A stretch of 64,000 bases of DNA, from NCBI GenBank assembly GCA_951406725.2, contig OX597824.1, forward strand, positions 14,260,001 through 14,324,000, in the 5' to 3' direction. Shown here piece by piece: positions 63,573-64,000 of the stretch; position 1 is the first letter of the stretch; each line of letters opens with the position of its first letter. The notes under the pieces were generated by a model. It was not told the DNA's origin and ran no database searches. It saw only the letters and a list, made by a program, of their open reading frames with translations. Made by a program: the position numbers and the translations under genes. Origin of the DNA: Octopus vulgaris. Lineage: Eukaryota.

Positions 63573-64000
63573 ATCTTTATCAATATTTTGTTTAGTTTCA
63601 TTTTCTCCAAACATTATAATTGTTTTTTGACATAATTATTTAGAACCTTTTGACCGAAGATGGAATACTTCTTCTGTTGGAACAGTGAATCTTGAAGCAT
63701 ACAAATCTGTAAACAATAACACATAAATATTGGGCTTCAAAAAAACCTCTGACTTTTTCAATCCAAAGGGTTTCTGAACCCAATATTTTTACACTATTGT
63801 TTGTAGCTTTGTATTCTTTGAGAATCGAAAAAGGAATTATATTTTTTGATTGTGTAGAAATAGATCTTCACTCTCAGAGTGTTTGGCATTAGGAAGGGTA
63901 TCCAGCTGTAGAAACTCTGCCAGATCAGATTGGAGTCTGGTGCAGCCATCTGGTTCGCCATACCTCAGTCAAATCGTCCAACCCATCCTAGCATGGAAAG

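Overview
Repeat-rich, AT-rich animal genomic DNA. The SINE families and microsatellites point to an octopod cephalopod (inference). Host genes: (1) two paralogous UDP-glycosyltransferases with intronless coding regions (7888-9414, 18236-19762, +), each inside a copy of a duplicated block (~1283-9525 vs ~13947-19873); (2) the first nine coding exons of WDR43/UTP5 (37135-60639, +), with an ETS/NRF1/E-box promoter and a probable GC-AG intron, continuing beyond the window. The rest is mostly mobile-element debris: tRNA-derived SINEs, RTE/CR1/R4 LINE fragments, Penelope-like remnants, mariner/Tc1, Merlin, hAT and piggyBac-type MITEs, and Helitron-type elements. The most interesting signal is a set of minimal hammerhead-ribozyme motifs, above all a ~470-bp TSD-flanked fold-back element (57894-58364) that combines a tRNA-like Pol III head with a hammerhead in each arm. 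All calls were made by eye with no database searches; repeat boundaries are approximate.
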